Positions 10,293 to 20,017 of a stretch of DNA of 64,000 bases are shown piece by piece. The first letter of the stretch is position 1. Each line of letters opens with the position of its first letter. The notes beneath the pieces were generated by a model that ran no database searches, was not told where the DNA came from, and saw only the letters and a list, made by a program, of their open reading frames with translations. The DNA lies in assembly GCA_965249575.1 (NCBI GenBank), contig OZ252244.1:1632001-1696000 (forward strand), in the 5' to 3' direction. The stretch is from Gemmatimonadales bacterium. GTDB taxonomy: Bacteria > Gemmatimonadota > Gemmatimonadetes > Gemmatimonadales > GWC2-71-9. Made by a program: the position numbers and the translations under genes.

Positions 10293-10448
10293 TTAGGACC
10301 CGCTTCCGCGCTCGCCCGGGGCGGGATGAATCGAGGCCTGCCCGTACGGGGGATGAGCCGGGGGCCGGCTTTGGTCCGGCCGCTGAGCCGGAGCAGAACT
10401 CGCAAGCGGGATTCCCATGCCCAAGAGCCAAGCGATGCGGCCGCTCAT
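10293..10448 (-). pseudogene. N-terminal stub of a third tandem LVIVD propeller paralog
   Basis: Signal-like MSGRIAWLLGMGIPLASSAPAQ, then SIHPAPGERGS, which matches AVHPEPGEQGS of the 12028-13374 protein. Stops two codons later. Confidence 0.6.
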
Positions 10449-10487
10449 GCGATCACTCTTCAGCAGTGAAGGGTACCCCATGCTTGC

Positions 10488-11873
10488 TCACGGCCGCCAT
10501 ACACTCACCTGGGTGGGGGCTGGCGCCCCATCAGGGCCGTTATCCCAGTCCTGCACGCTGGAGATATTGGGCATGCCCCACTGGTGCCCATTCCAACCCT
10601 CGAACCCGTCCATGAAGAATGCCCAGAACCCGGTCCGCGAGTCGCTCAAGACGATGAGGCCGTCGGCGTTTCTGACGTCCACGCCAAAGGTGCCCCCCAT
10701 GGCGCCGAGCACACCTGCCCGTTCGTGACCGGAGCCGTCGGGCGCGTCGTAGGTGTCGTAGTACCCTACCGTGTATGGCGCCGTAGGATCCATCATGTTG
10801 AAGACTTGGAGGCCGTCCTTGTAGCCCGAGACGAAAACGTAGGGCCAACGGACCTCGTGGTTGTGCGCGAGGTTCTTCCAGTTGGCCGTCCACGCACCGA
10901 TAGGACGGGAAATCGTCTCAACCCTCCCGTCGAGTCCCGGCTTCAAATCGAAGATTCGAAGCGGCGCATACTGATACTCGACTTCGGTGACGGCATACCG
11001 GCCGGTCGGATCCGGCGTGAAGGTGTGTCCGAAGGGTACCCCCGCCACACCGGTGATGGACGTGAGCAGCCTCGGTTCTTCCGGGCGTGTAATGTCGTAC
11101 ACGTAATATCCGGCGGCCCCAGGTCCGTAGAACTTGTCCTGGCGGGTGGCCGGGTCGTATCCAACGTAGATGTCGTGATATCCGGGCAGCGCGCGCGTCA
11201 GCAACTTGTTGAGCGCGTTGACCGCGGGTGCCTTCCCGTAGGGGTCGCTCGTGGGTTGGGGAATCCGACCGATCAGTCCATAGTCTGCATCGCCGGCGAG
11301 GAACTTCTCCATATCGTAGACGTTCGCGTGCGAAGCCGTAGCCGTTGTGAGTAGCAAGACTCGTCCGTCGGAATGCTTGTACGTGAAGATGTTGTGAAAC
11401 CCACCAGGCGTGTCCGGCACCCGGATGCGGCCCGCTTCGCGGATGCCCGCGGTATCAGGTAGGCTGGTGACATCGAGCACGATGGCACCCAAATCAGTGT
11501 CCGGCCCGCTCTGTCGAAACTGAAAGGATTGGACGTCGTAATACCTGCCACCGGTCTTGAAGTACTTGTTGTCGAGCGCGCTCCCTTGGTGCAGCTCAGG
11601 GTTCTCGATTCGCCAGGAAAAGATCACCCTCGCTCGACTCAGGTCGGTCACATCGATGATGTCGGTGCCCACTCCGGTCGCAGGGTCGCGCCGCGCCAAG
11701 TATGCGTAGGGCCGCGACAGCTCCTGCTCCACCTCGATGTCCGCAACGGCCATCGGGATATGCGAGACCACACGGACGTTCGAACTGCTTTGCTGCCCGG
11801 GGGGGTACTGAGCGGCGAGGGTCGTGGCCATGAGGATGCTGAATGCAACTACCAGAACGAGTCGCCCCATCAT
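10488..11873 (-). CDS. Secreted LVIVD-repeat beta-propeller protein (paralog A)
   Basis: Signal peptide, NVRVVSHI, His motifs GGFHN/GYHD/GHTF/AHNHE, GLQVFNM...VGYYDT. Confidence 0.8.
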   Translation of the reverse strand: MMGRLVLVVAFSILMATTLAAQYPPGQQSSSNVRVVSHIPMAVADIEVEQELSRPYAYLARRDPATGVGTDIIDVTDLSRARVIFSWRIENPELHQGSALDNKYFKTGGRYYDVQSFQFRQSGPDTDLGAIVLDVTSLPDTAGIREAGRIRVPDTPGGFHNIFTYKHSDGRVLLLTTATASHANVYDMEKFLAGDADYGLIGRIPQPTSDPYGKAPAVNALNKLLTRALPGYHDIYVGYDPATRQDKFYGPGAAGYYVYDITRPEEPRLLTSITGVAGVPFGHTFTPDPTGRYAVTEVEYQYAPLRIFDLKPGLDGRVETISRPIGAWTANWKNLAHNHEVRWPYVFVSGYKDGLQVFNMMDPTAPYTVGYYDTYDAPDGSGHERAGVLGAMGGTFGVDVRNADGLIVLSDSRTGFWAFFMDGFEGWNGHQWGMPNISSVQDWDNGPDGAPAPTQVSVWRP

Positions 11874-11894
11874 GACGTCCCCTCTGAAGAGGCG

Positions 11895-12003
11895 CCCCCC
11901 CACCCCCCTCCTCCGAGTAAGGAGAGTCGTGAGGAGGCCGATCCCCCAAGCACTTTTGGGTTGTGAGCGGGGCCTCCCGGCTCCTCACGGAGGTGAGGGA
12001 GGG
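11895..12003. repeat. Intergenic nested inverted repeat (REP-like element); related copy at about 63905-63965
   Basis: GTGAGGAGGCCG (11929-11940) pairs with CGGCTCCTCAC (11978-11988). Inner CCCAAG/TTTGGG stem and outer CCCTCCTCC/GGAGGTGAGGG. Confidence 0.55.
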
Positions 12004-12027
12004 AAGACCCCTCGTCCTGAGGCGCCC

Positions 12028-13374
12028 TCACACCGCGGGCTTCGGCGCACCCTCCGGTCCGTTGTCCCAGTCCTGGACGCTCGAGATGTTCGGCATCCCC
12101 CACTGATGGCCGTTCCAGCCGTCGAACCCATCCATCTTGAACGCCCAGAATCCGGTGGTGAGATCGCTGATGACGATCAGGCCATCGGCGTTGCGAACGT
12201 CCACGCCAAAGGCGCCGTTGCACACGCCCCCGCACCCCCCCTGGTTGTTCGGGCCGTCGTAAGTGTCGTAGTACGCGACAGTGTAGGGGTTGGTCGGGTC
12301 CATCATGTTGAAGACCTGCAGCCCGTCGACGTAGGACGACACGAATACGTAGGGCCAGCGGATCTCGGTGTTGTGCGGCAAGTGCTTCCAGTTCGAGGTC
12401 CACGCTCCGATGGGCCTCGAGATGTTCTGGGCGTCTCCATCGAGGCCCGGCTTTAGATCGAACAGACGTAGCGGCGCATACTGATATTCGGTCTCGCCAA
12501 TCCCGTAACGGCCGTCTGGCGTGACCGCGAATGTGTGACCGCGACTCACGCCGGCAACGCCCGTGACCGACGTCAGGAGCTTTGGAGCCGTGATGTCGGT
12601 TATGTCATAGACAAAGTACCCGCCGGCGCCCGCACCGTAGAACCGATCGACGCGCGTGGCCGGATCGTACGCGACGTAGAAGTCGTGGTAACCGCGGCTG
12701 ATCTCTGCTGGGTTCCCGGGAACTGGGACGCGGCCCACCAGCCCATGGTCTGCGCCGCCGGCCAGGAAGGTCTCCATGTCGTAGGCGTTCGCGAAAGGGC
12801 CGGAAACGGTGGCGAACAGCAGTGCCTCCCCGGTCGAGTGCTTGTAGGCGAAGATGTTGTGAAAGCCGCCAGGCGTGGCGGCCGCTCGTATGCGGCCAAC
12901 TTCCCTGATGGTGGACGTGTCCGGCAGCCCGGTCACGTCGAAAACGACCGCTCCGAGGTCGACGTTAGGCCCTCCGGCCTGGAACTGGAAAGACTGGGCG
13001 TAGTAATACCGGCCCTTGAGCTTGAAGTACTTCCCATCGAGCCCACCGGCGCCCTGGTGGGTCTCTGGGTTCTCTATCCACCAGGAATAGAGCAACCCCG
13101 CGTTGTCTGTGTTTCGCAGATCGATGATCTGGAACCCGGACGGCCTGAGGCGCCGCGAAACATAGGCGTAGGGACGAGACAGCTCTTGCTCAATTTCGAT
13201 GTCCGCGATGGACATCGTCATGCCGAGCGGAATGTGAGCCAGGATCTCGACGTTGGTGCTGCCCTGTTCGCCCGGCTCGGGGTGCACGGCGTCCCCCTGG
13301 GCGAGTACCGCCGGCGTGTGGGCCAGGCCCACCGCCAGCAGCATGGCGACTGCGATCATTGCTGTCCGGTTCAT
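12028..13374 (-). CDS. Secreted LVIVD-repeat beta-propeller protein (paralog B)
   Basis: Co-linear with paralog A, with an identical tail GWNGHQWGMPNISSVQDWDNGP. Confidence 0.8.
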   Translation of the reverse strand: MNRTAMIAVAMLLAVGLAHTPAVLAQGDAVHPEPGEQGSTNVEILAHIPLGMTMSIADIEIEQELSRPYAYVSRRLRPSGFQIIDLRNTDNAGLLYSWWIENPETHQGAGGLDGKYFKLKGRYYYAQSFQFQAGGPNVDLGAVVFDVTGLPDTSTIREVGRIRAAATPGGFHNIFAYKHSTGEALLFATVSGPFANAYDMETFLAGGADHGLVGRVPVPGNPAEISRGYHDFYVAYDPATRVDRFYGAGAGGYFVYDITDITAPKLLTSVTGVAGVSRGHTFAVTPDGRYGIGETEYQYAPLRLFDLKPGLDGDAQNISRPIGAWTSNWKHLPHNTEIRWPYVFVSSYVDGLQVFNMMDPTNPYTVAYYDTYDGPNNQGGCGGVCNGAFGVDVRNADGLIVISDLTTGFWAFKMDGFDGWNGHQWGMPNISSVQDWDNGPEGAPKPAV

Positions 13375-13493
13375 GAATGTCGGCTCCATTGATGGTCGAT
13401 ACCGTTTAGACACAAGCGAACTATCTTATCCTCTCATCCCACAGATCAGAAGGGTTGGGCCGGGGGACCCCGCCGAGCGCCCACGTCGCGAAG

Positions 13494-14178
13494 TCAGCGG
13501 AGCGGGAGGCCCTCCAGCAAGCGGGGCAACGCGGCCTGCCATAGGTCGCCGAGCGCCCGGAGCCGGTCCACCCACTCCCCTTCGGCCCGTCGGTCCGATG
13601 CCCCCAAGCCCTCCCCCGCGAGGAGCGGGACGATAACCCCCGGCTCCCCCAGCCGCTCGGCCGCAAGAAGCGGCTGAAATAGGAACGTGGTCAGCCGCTT
13701 GATGAACTCCCGCTTGTCAGCGGCGTCCCCCACGATCGGGCGCTTTGCCGACCTGGGCAGGCGACCGAGTCCGCTCCGCGAGCGTCGTGCAGACTAGGTA
13801 CAGGGACCAGGCGGCCAATGGGATCCGGACCCGCCGCACGAACGGCAGCCCCTCCGGTGCCCCCTCCTCCAGCTCCAGATACCCTAGAAACCCAGTCTCC
13901 GGCACATCGATCCCCTGCGAGTCATCCGTGAACCAATCCAGCGGGATACCGTATGCCCGGGACATGGTGTCCAATGTCGGCACGCCGGGGCTCAGCGTGG
14001 CGCCTCGGTACAGGTCACGCACCGTCCCATAGGGCAAGCCGGTGGCCCGGCTCGCGGCCGAGAGGTTACCCCGGTGCGCGAGGTTGATGAGCCGTCGGAT
14101 CCTGCTGGTGAGTAAGTGCTTTGGTGGAGCGAGTTTACGCTTTGGACGGCCGACGGTCAATGGATGCGGCTCAGCCAT
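13494..14178 (-). CDS. XRE-like helix-turn-helix protein with unknown C-terminal domain (frameshift near 13770)
   Basis: NLSAASRATGLPYGTVRDLYRG...PGVPTLDTMSRAYGIPLDWF. Joins ORF 13494-13733 by removing one base (ER/LGRLPRSAKRPIVGD). Confidence 0.7.
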
Positions 14179-14207
14179 CACGTGCCACAAAATAATTCAT
14201 GGTTTAC

Positions 14208-14226
14208 GCATGATAATATTTCATGC
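14208..14226. promoter_or_regulatory. Palindromic operator candidate GCATGA-N7-TCATGC
   Basis: Perfect 6-7-6 inverted repeat in an AT-rich patch, 30 bp upstream of the HTH gene and upstream of the divergent VOC gene. Confidence 0.5.
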
Positions 14227-14374
14227 TATGGAACGCAATCCGCGGTTTACGACGGTTGCCGATACTCTTTGGAGCACCTCACGATCGGTTTTACCTTGCT
14301 TGCCAATCGGGTGGACCCAAAGTCGGCGCCTGCCGGCCCGTCTCGGCACGACGGATCAGATGAGGAGGGCAGCA

Positions 14375-14842
14375 ATGGGGAAGAAGCGAAAGACGGCTCC
14401 CCGCCGAACCGCATCGGACAAGGTCGTTCCCGCCAAGGCGCTCCGTAAGCAGCCGGAGACCCTGCGCCTCCGATCGGTCGTACCCACGCTGACCGTGAAC
14501 GACCTCCCCGCATCCCTCGCGTTCTACCGGGACGTGCTCGGGTTCATCGTCGCCGACGAGTTCAAGGACGACCAGACCCTCCTCGGTGCGGCGATTCGGG
14601 CTGGCGAGGTCGACATCTTGCTGAGTCAGGACGACTTCGCCAAGGGTCGTGATCGCTCAAAGAGCGTCGGCGTTCGCCTCTACTGCCCGACCCGGCAGGA
14701 CCTCGATCAGATCGCGGAGGACATCAAGGCGCGCGGCGGGATCCTGGCGCACGAGCCAACCGACCAGCCATGGGGGGCGCGAGATTTCGGGATCGTGGAT
14801 CCAGATGGGTTCAAGATCTCCATCGCCGCATCGGAAGGCTGA
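14375..14842 (+). CDS. VOC family (glyoxalase/bleomycin resistance) protein
   Basis: LTVNDLPASLAFYRDVLGF...DQPWGARDFGIVDPDG, GAGGAGG RBS. Confidence 0.9.
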   Translation: MGKKRKTAPRRTASDKVVPAKALRKQPETLRLRSVVPTLTVNDLPASLAFYRDVLGFIVADEFKDDQTLLGAAIRAGEVDILLSQDDFAKGRDRSKSVGVRLYCPTRQDLDQIAEDIKARGGILAHEPTDQPWGARDFGIVDPDGFKISIAASEG

Positions 14843-14990
14843 CCGTTTTGAGCGGCTGTGAAGGCATGACCGCGTTTAGCTCGGGCCGCCCACGCCCTTC
14901 GGCGTCGCAACCGCCACGACCGGCCTAGGCATCCTCCCCACGCGCTGCTACGATTCAGAGGCGTGACACGCTCATCCTCTGAAGGGATCG

Positions 14991-16994
14991 ATGACCGTCT
15001 CAACTCGAACGGCCTGCCCGCTAGACTGCCCCGATTCCTGCTCGCTCGAGGTGTCGGTGGACGGTGGCCGACTGACCGAAATCCGAAGCGCCCCCGCCCG
15101 AGAGGGCACCCGCGGATTCATTTGTAGTAAGGTCGCGCGCTTCGGTGAGCGGGTGTATCACCGAGACCGCCTCCTCTCACCGATGCGGCGGGTGGGGACG
15201 AAGGGTACGGGGACCTTCGAACCCATCACCTGGGACCAGGCGATTGCCCAGATCACGAATCGTTTCCGCGATATCCGTGACAGATGGGGTGGGGAGGCCA
15301 TCCTACCCTATCACTATGGCGGATCAAACGGCCTCATGACTGACGAGTCCGCCGACAGCGAGTACTTCGCTCGGCTTGGCGCATCCCGACTGGCAAAGAC
15401 GATCTGCGCCGCGCCCACGTCCACGGTAGCCACCGCGATGTATGGCAAGATGCCCGGCGTCGCGTTCGACGACTTCGTGCACGCCAGATGCATCATCGTG
15501 TGGGGAGCCAATCCGAAGGCATCCAACATTCACCTCACGCCATTCCTGCGAGAGGCCAAGCGGCGCGGTGCCTTCATCGCGGCGGTGGATCCCAAACGGA
15601 ACTTCTCAGGCTCCGAGATCGACCTCCACCTGCCGGTCTATCCGGGTACGGACCTCCCAGTCGCACTGGCGATGATCCGGGAGTGGCGACGGGGCGGGTT
15701 GCTCGACCAGGGTTTCTTGGAGGCGCACGCGCGGGGATGGGACAGCCTTCTCGAGCAGGCCGAGGCGTGGCCGCTCGATCGCGCGGGAGCGGAGGCGAGA
15801 GTCGATCCGGAGGACATCGAGAGACTGGCGGCGGCGTACGCACGATCGGCCCCCGCGGTCGTCCGAGTGGGGTGGGGACTGGAGCGGAACCGCAATGGCG
15901 GACAGGCTGCGGCCGCGATCCTCGGCATGCCGGCGCTGTTGGGCAAGTTCGGTGTGCGGGGTGGGGGCTACACGCTGAGCAACAGCGGAGCCGCCGAAGT
16001 CGACAGGGAGCGCTGGTTCAGCGGGACGCCGTGGCAGAGCAGATCCATCAATATGACTCAACTTGGCGAGGTGCTGAACGGCGCGGTCGATCCGCCGGTC
16101 AAGGCGATCTTCGTGTATAACTGCAATCCTGTCGCGACCGTACCGGATCAAAACGCGGTCATTGCCGGCCTGGCCCGCGACGATCTCTTTACAGTCGTCT
16201 TCGAGCAGGTCATGACCGATACGGCGCGGTTCGCCGACGTCGTGTTACCCGCGACAACCTTTCTCGAGCACGACGACATCCGCAGGGCATACGGGCGATA
16301 CTATGTCGGCCGCGTCCGACCCGCGATTACCCCTCGCGGGGAGGCCCGCTCCAATCCGGCGGTCTTTGGGGCACTGGGCCGAGCCATGGGCTGGCATTGC
16401 GAGCCGTTCACGTGGGACGAATCGACATGGCTAGAACGCACGGCGGCTGCTCTCGATCTCTCCGATCGGCCCGCCCCAGCCGATTCGCTAGTGATCGGTG
16501 ACGGGACGTCGTACGACTTCCCTGGAGAAACCCCAGTCCAGTTCGTAACCGCGCTTCCGCAAACGGCTGATGCAAAGGTCGATCTCGCACCAACCCAATT
16601 GGGGCGCCCACCCTACCGGTACCAGCCCTTAGCGGATGGCCAGTTTCCCCTGGCGCTGATATCGCCCGCGAACAACAAGATGATCTCCAGCACTCTTGCC
16701 GAGTTCAACTACCCCGAGCTGTGGCTGAGCATCAATCCAGAAGACGCCGCCCATCGCCAGATCGAAGCCAAAACCGCGGTACGAGTCTTCAACGCACTTG
16801 GCGAGGTGGTCTGCAGAGCACGCCTGTCGAATCACGTCCGCCCCGGGGTCGTCTCCCTCCCCAAGGGCGCGTGGCAGCAGGCGTCCCGAAACGACCGCAC
16901 GTCTACGGCCCTATGTCCTCCCACCATCAGCGAGGTTGGCGGAGGCGCTTGCTTCAACGACGCCCGAGTCGACGTGCGGCCGGCAGAGGACTGA
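14991..16994 (+). CDS. Molybdopterin-dependent oxidoreductase with N-terminal 4Fe-4S site
   Basis: CPLDCPDSC...C.K, DTARFADVVLPATT, C-terminal molydop-binding domain INPEDA...VRVFN. Confidence 0.92.
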   Translation: MTVSTRTACPLDCPDSCSLEVSVDGGRLTEIRSAPAREGTRGFICSKVARFGERVYHRDRLLSPMRRVGTKGTGTFEPITWDQAIAQITNRFRDIRDRWGGEAILPYHYGGSNGLMTDESADSEYFARLGASRLAKTICAAPTSTVATAMYGKMPGVAFDDFVHARCIIVWGANPKASNIHLTPFLREAKRRGAFIAAVDPKRNFSGSEIDLHLPVYPGTDLPVALAMIREWRRGGLLDQGFLEAHARGWDSLLEQAEAWPLDRAGAEARVDPEDIERLAAAYARSAPAVVRVGWGLERNRNGGQAAAAILGMPALLGKFGVRGGGYTLSNSGAAEVDRERWFSGTPWQSRSINMTQLGEVLNGAVDPPVKAIFVYNCNPVATVPDQNAVIAGLARDDLFTVVFEQVMTDTARFADVVLPATTFLEHDDIRRAYGRYYVGRVRPAITPRGEARSNPAVFGALGRAMGWHCEPFTWDESTWLERTAAALDLSDRPAPADSLVIGDGTSYDFPGETPVQFVTALPQTADAKVDLAPTQLGRPPYRYQPLADGQFPLALISPANNKMISSTLAEFNYPELWLSINPEDAAHRQIEAKTAVRVFNALGEVVCRARLSNHVRPGVVSLPKGAWQQASRNDRTSTALCPPTISEVGGGACFNDARVDVRPAED

Positions 16995-17027
16995 CAAACA
17001 TCCGCAGCCCGCTTTCCCTTCATCCCG

Positions 17028-17987
17028 ATGACCGCTGAAGACACGGTGATCGTCGGGGCGGGACCAATCGGCCTCGCCTGCGCGATTTCGGCCCAGGTAC
17101 GAGGGATCGATCCGCTGGTCGTCGATGCCGGCGCCGTCGTGAACTCGATCGTCCACTATCCGATCGGCATGACCTTTTTCACAACACCTGAACGCCTCGA
17201 GATCGGCGGACATCCATTGGTCTGTGCGGCGCAAAAACCGACCCGCGAGGAAGCGCTCATGTATTACCGCGGAGTCGTGCGTGCCAACGGGATTCGCGTC
17301 CGGACCCATGCCAGGCTCGTATCGGCCCGGCCTGAGCCGAGCGCCATCTCGTGCGAGCTCGAGGAGTGGGGAACGACACTGCAGATGTCTTGCCGTCGGC
17401 TGGTTCTCGCCACCGGCTATTTCGACTGGCCGAACCGTTTGGGCGTGCCCGGTGAAGATCTCGGCCACGTCAGTCACTACTTCGACGAGGGACATCGCTC
17501 CTACGGGTTGGACGTGGCGGTCATCGGCGGCCGGAACTCCGCGGTCGAGGCAGCGCTGGACCTTTTCCGAGCGGGGGCCCGCGTCACCCTCGTGTACCGC
17601 CGTGCCGTGTTCCCGCCGAGCGTGAAATACTGGCTCAAGCCCGACGTCGAGAACCGCATCGCTGCGGGAGAAATCTCAGCTCGAATGCCGGCGGAAGTGC
17701 TTCGGATCAAGACTGGCTCAGTCGTGATTCGAAGGGACGCCGGGCGGGCCGACGAGATCCCAGCTCAGCGGGTCTACGCCCTCACGGGCTTTCAGCCCGA
17801 TTTCGACCTCTTTCGGCGCATCGGCATCGAGCTCGTAGGCGATGCACTGACTCCGACCCACGACCCCGACACCCTCGAGACCAACGTGCCCGGCGTCTAT
17901 GTCGCCGGAAGTATCACCGCCGGCAAGGATACCTCGGACATTTTCATCGAGAACGGCCGATTCGACGGCGAGAAGATCTTCGGCTGA
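17028..17987 (+). CDS. ypdA: YpdA-family FAD/NADPH disulfide reductase (putative bacillithiol disulfide reductase)
   Basis: GAGPIG, YP..MTFFTT.E.LEIG, KPTREEAL.YY, KYWLKPD.ENRI, IFIENGRF. Confidence 0.85.
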   Translation: MTAEDTVIVGAGPIGLACAISAQVRGIDPLVVDAGAVVNSIVHYPIGMTFFTTPERLEIGGHPLVCAAQKPTREEALMYYRGVVRANGIRVRTHARLVSARPEPSAISCELEEWGTTLQMSCRRLVLATGYFDWPNRLGVPGEDLGHVSHYFDEGHRSYGLDVAVIGGRNSAVEAALDLFRAGARVTLVYRRAVFPPSVKYWLKPDVENRIAAGEISARMPAEVLRIKTGSVVIRRDAGRADEIPAQRVYALTGFQPDFDLFRRIGIELVGDALTPTHDPDTLETNVPGVYVAGSITAGKDTSDIFIENGRFDGEKIFG

Positions 17988-17989
17988 GA

Positions 17990-18763
17990 TCACCGACCGC
18001 GCGCCGGCCGTTCCCTCCTCCGGTATGCCGCCAACAACTCGTCACGCCGTTTTGACGGGAGGTACTTCGAGCCCTCGCGGAGAGTGAGCCCGGGTACCCG
18101 GGCGATGTATGCGGTGAGAAACCGGTCGACCGGCTCCGGATCCCTCTTGGACACCTTCCGCAGCACCCATCCAATGGCTTTCCGTATGAAGAACTCCCTT
18201 TCATCGATCATGCAGCTCGCGAACCGCTCGAACAGCTGGAGGTCGCGGCTGTCCCATCGCAGGACGTCGAGCAAAGCCAACATTGACGCGCGACGGATCC
18301 AGAAGTTGTCGTCCTTCGACCATCGGACGAGTGTTCGCCTACTGCTCTTGAACCGCCGCACGAGAGATCCGGCCACCTTCACCGAAAGCCAGTCGACGTG
18401 ATCCCAGGTCCGCGACTTCCGCAGCATGTCCTCGACCACGGAGATATCGCCGGCCCGCAGCAGTTCCTGGTAGGCCTCGAGAAGCGCGATGCCGAGCGAG
18501 CGCAAATCGTGATACGGGGACTGCCACAGACGTGCCACGAGCCCGAGCAGCCGGGGCCGGGCGAGGTGGAGATTCTCACGCCTGAAACGAGCGGCTGTGT
18601 GTCGGATGAACGGAACCGTCACGCCGTGAAACCGAGCGTCGCTCTTCAGGTAGGCCCTTTCACCCCGCGCGCGAGACGGGCTCCCGGCCGACGAGAACGA
18701 CCGCTTGAAGGCGGCTACCTGTAATTCAACGTTCACGGACGGATCAATATGCGAGACCGGCAT
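17990..18763 (-). CDS. DNA alkylation repair protein (AlkD-like HEAT-repeat glycosylase); start uncertain
   Basis: TWDHVD, NFWIRRAS, EFFIRKAIGWVLR. Confidence 0.88.
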   Translation of the reverse strand: MPVSHIDPSVNVELQVAAFKRSFSSAGSPSRARGERAYLKSDARFHGVTVPFIRHTAARFRRENLHLARPRLLGLVARLWQSPYHDLRSLGIALLEAYQELLRAGDISVVEDMLRKSRTWDHVDWLSVKVAGSLVRRFKSSRRTLVRWSKDDNFWIRRASMLALLDVLRWDSRDLQLFERFASCMIDEREFFIRKAIGWVLRKVSKRDPEPVDRFLTAYIARVPGLTLREGSKYLPSKRRDELLAAYRRRERPARGR

Positions 18764-18944
18764 CCCGGACAACTCCGGGGTCGCCAGGTTCAAGTGACGA
18801 GCCAATACATGCCGACTGAGGAGGACATCGCCATCGAGTCTGACGAACGCAGACTATGACATCCGGCCGCCGCGCGGCTAGAATCCATGGAATGAAATGA
18901 CCGGTGTGCTTCACCAAACGCACGAACCTCGAGAGGAGGTCAAT

Positions 18945-19373
18945 TTGGCGACCCGCAAGCACAGTGTTAAACGCACTGCCCGAGCCGTCGCACGCAAGAC
19001 GAAGAAAGCTGCAAAGTCTGCTCGGAAGACTGGGCGGGCTGCCGCCAAGAGCCGCACGGTGAAGAAGGCGGTCCGGGGCGCGGCGAAGGGATCGAAGAGA
19101 GTCTCCAAGATGGCCGAGAAGGCCCGCGCCGCCCTGAAAGCGCGGGCGGGGAAGCTCAAGCGGGCCGCAAAGAAGGCCGCAACGAAGGCAAGCGGTACCG
19201 CGCGCAAAGTCAAAAAGCGTGTGAAGAGAACGGTGGCGCGCCGCAAGGTCAAGCGCTCCTTGCAGAAGAACGGCAAGGTCCTGAAGAGTGCCGGAAAGGC
19301 GGCGGCAGTCGCCGGTGTTTCGGCGGCCGCCGTCGTGACGGCCCGAGAGATCGTCCGGGGCCGGCGCTCCTAA
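18945..19373 (+). CDS. Lys/Arg/Ala-rich histone H1-like basic protein
   Basis: GGAGGT RBS before TTG18945, KKAAK/KKAVR low-complexity repeats, hydrophobic C-terminal stretch. Confidence 0.75.
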   Translation: MATRKHSVKRTARAVARKTKKAAKSARKTGRAAAKSRTVKKAVRGAAKGSKRVSKMAEKARAALKARAGKLKRAAKKAATKASGTARKVKKRVKRTVARRKVKRSLQKNGKVLKSAGKAAAVAGVSAAAVVTAREIVRGRRS

Positions 19374-19411
19374 GCCGAGCTCGTCACCTGCCCGGAGTGG
19401 CAATTCCGGTG

Positions 19412-19924
19412 ATGCGTAGGACCCGGGGCAGACCCGTCGGGCTGCTCTGCTTGGCCTGTGCGCTCGTCGTGGCCTGCGGCGACGGCGCTCGTGGAGCGTG
19501 CGCTCTCCTTGCCAGGGGCGATGCCGAGCGGGTGTTGGGTGGTCCGGTCAGCGATCCACCGTTGATCGATGCGCAGGTGGAAGCGGAGCACTCGGACCGC
19601 GTCTCGACGTGCACCTACTCGATGGAGCGGGGAAACCCACACCGAAGCGTGACACTGGTTTTGGCTCGGCTCTCCAACAGCGAAACGACCGCGCCGGACC
19701 CATGGGACACTTACGTAGCGGACTTCCGGAAGCGGTTCGGCGCGCTGTTTCCACTCGAGCTGATCGATGACATCGGAGAAGGTGCGGCGTGGTTGCCGAA
19801 CTCCAAACAGCTCACCGTGTACGCACACGGTGCTCTGCTCACCTTCGTTATCGCGGGAGCCGTTGACGTCGACCTCGAGGCGGTCAAAGCGATGGCCCGC
19901 GAGGCCGTGGCGCGCATGCCCTGA
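19412..19924 (+). CDS. Putative lipoprotein
   Basis: Lipobox VVAC, ACALL...C.Y and IDDIGEGAAW pattern (DUF3558-like). Confidence 0.7.
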   Translation: MRRTRGRPVGLLCLACALVVACGDGARGACALLARGDAERVLGGPVSDPPLIDAQVEAEHSDRVSTCTYSMERGNPHRSVTLVLARLSNSETTAPDPWDTYVADFRKRFGALFPLELIDDIGEGAAWLPNSKQLTVYAHGALLTFVIAGAVDVDLEAVKAMAREAVARMP

Positions 19925-20017
19925 CGAAGCGACGATTCGGACGGGAAGCGCAATTGCTGAGCGCGGCGAGTTTGTAGAAGGAAGCCTTGAAGACAGCGAC
20001 GGTGCAGGTTCCGGCGG

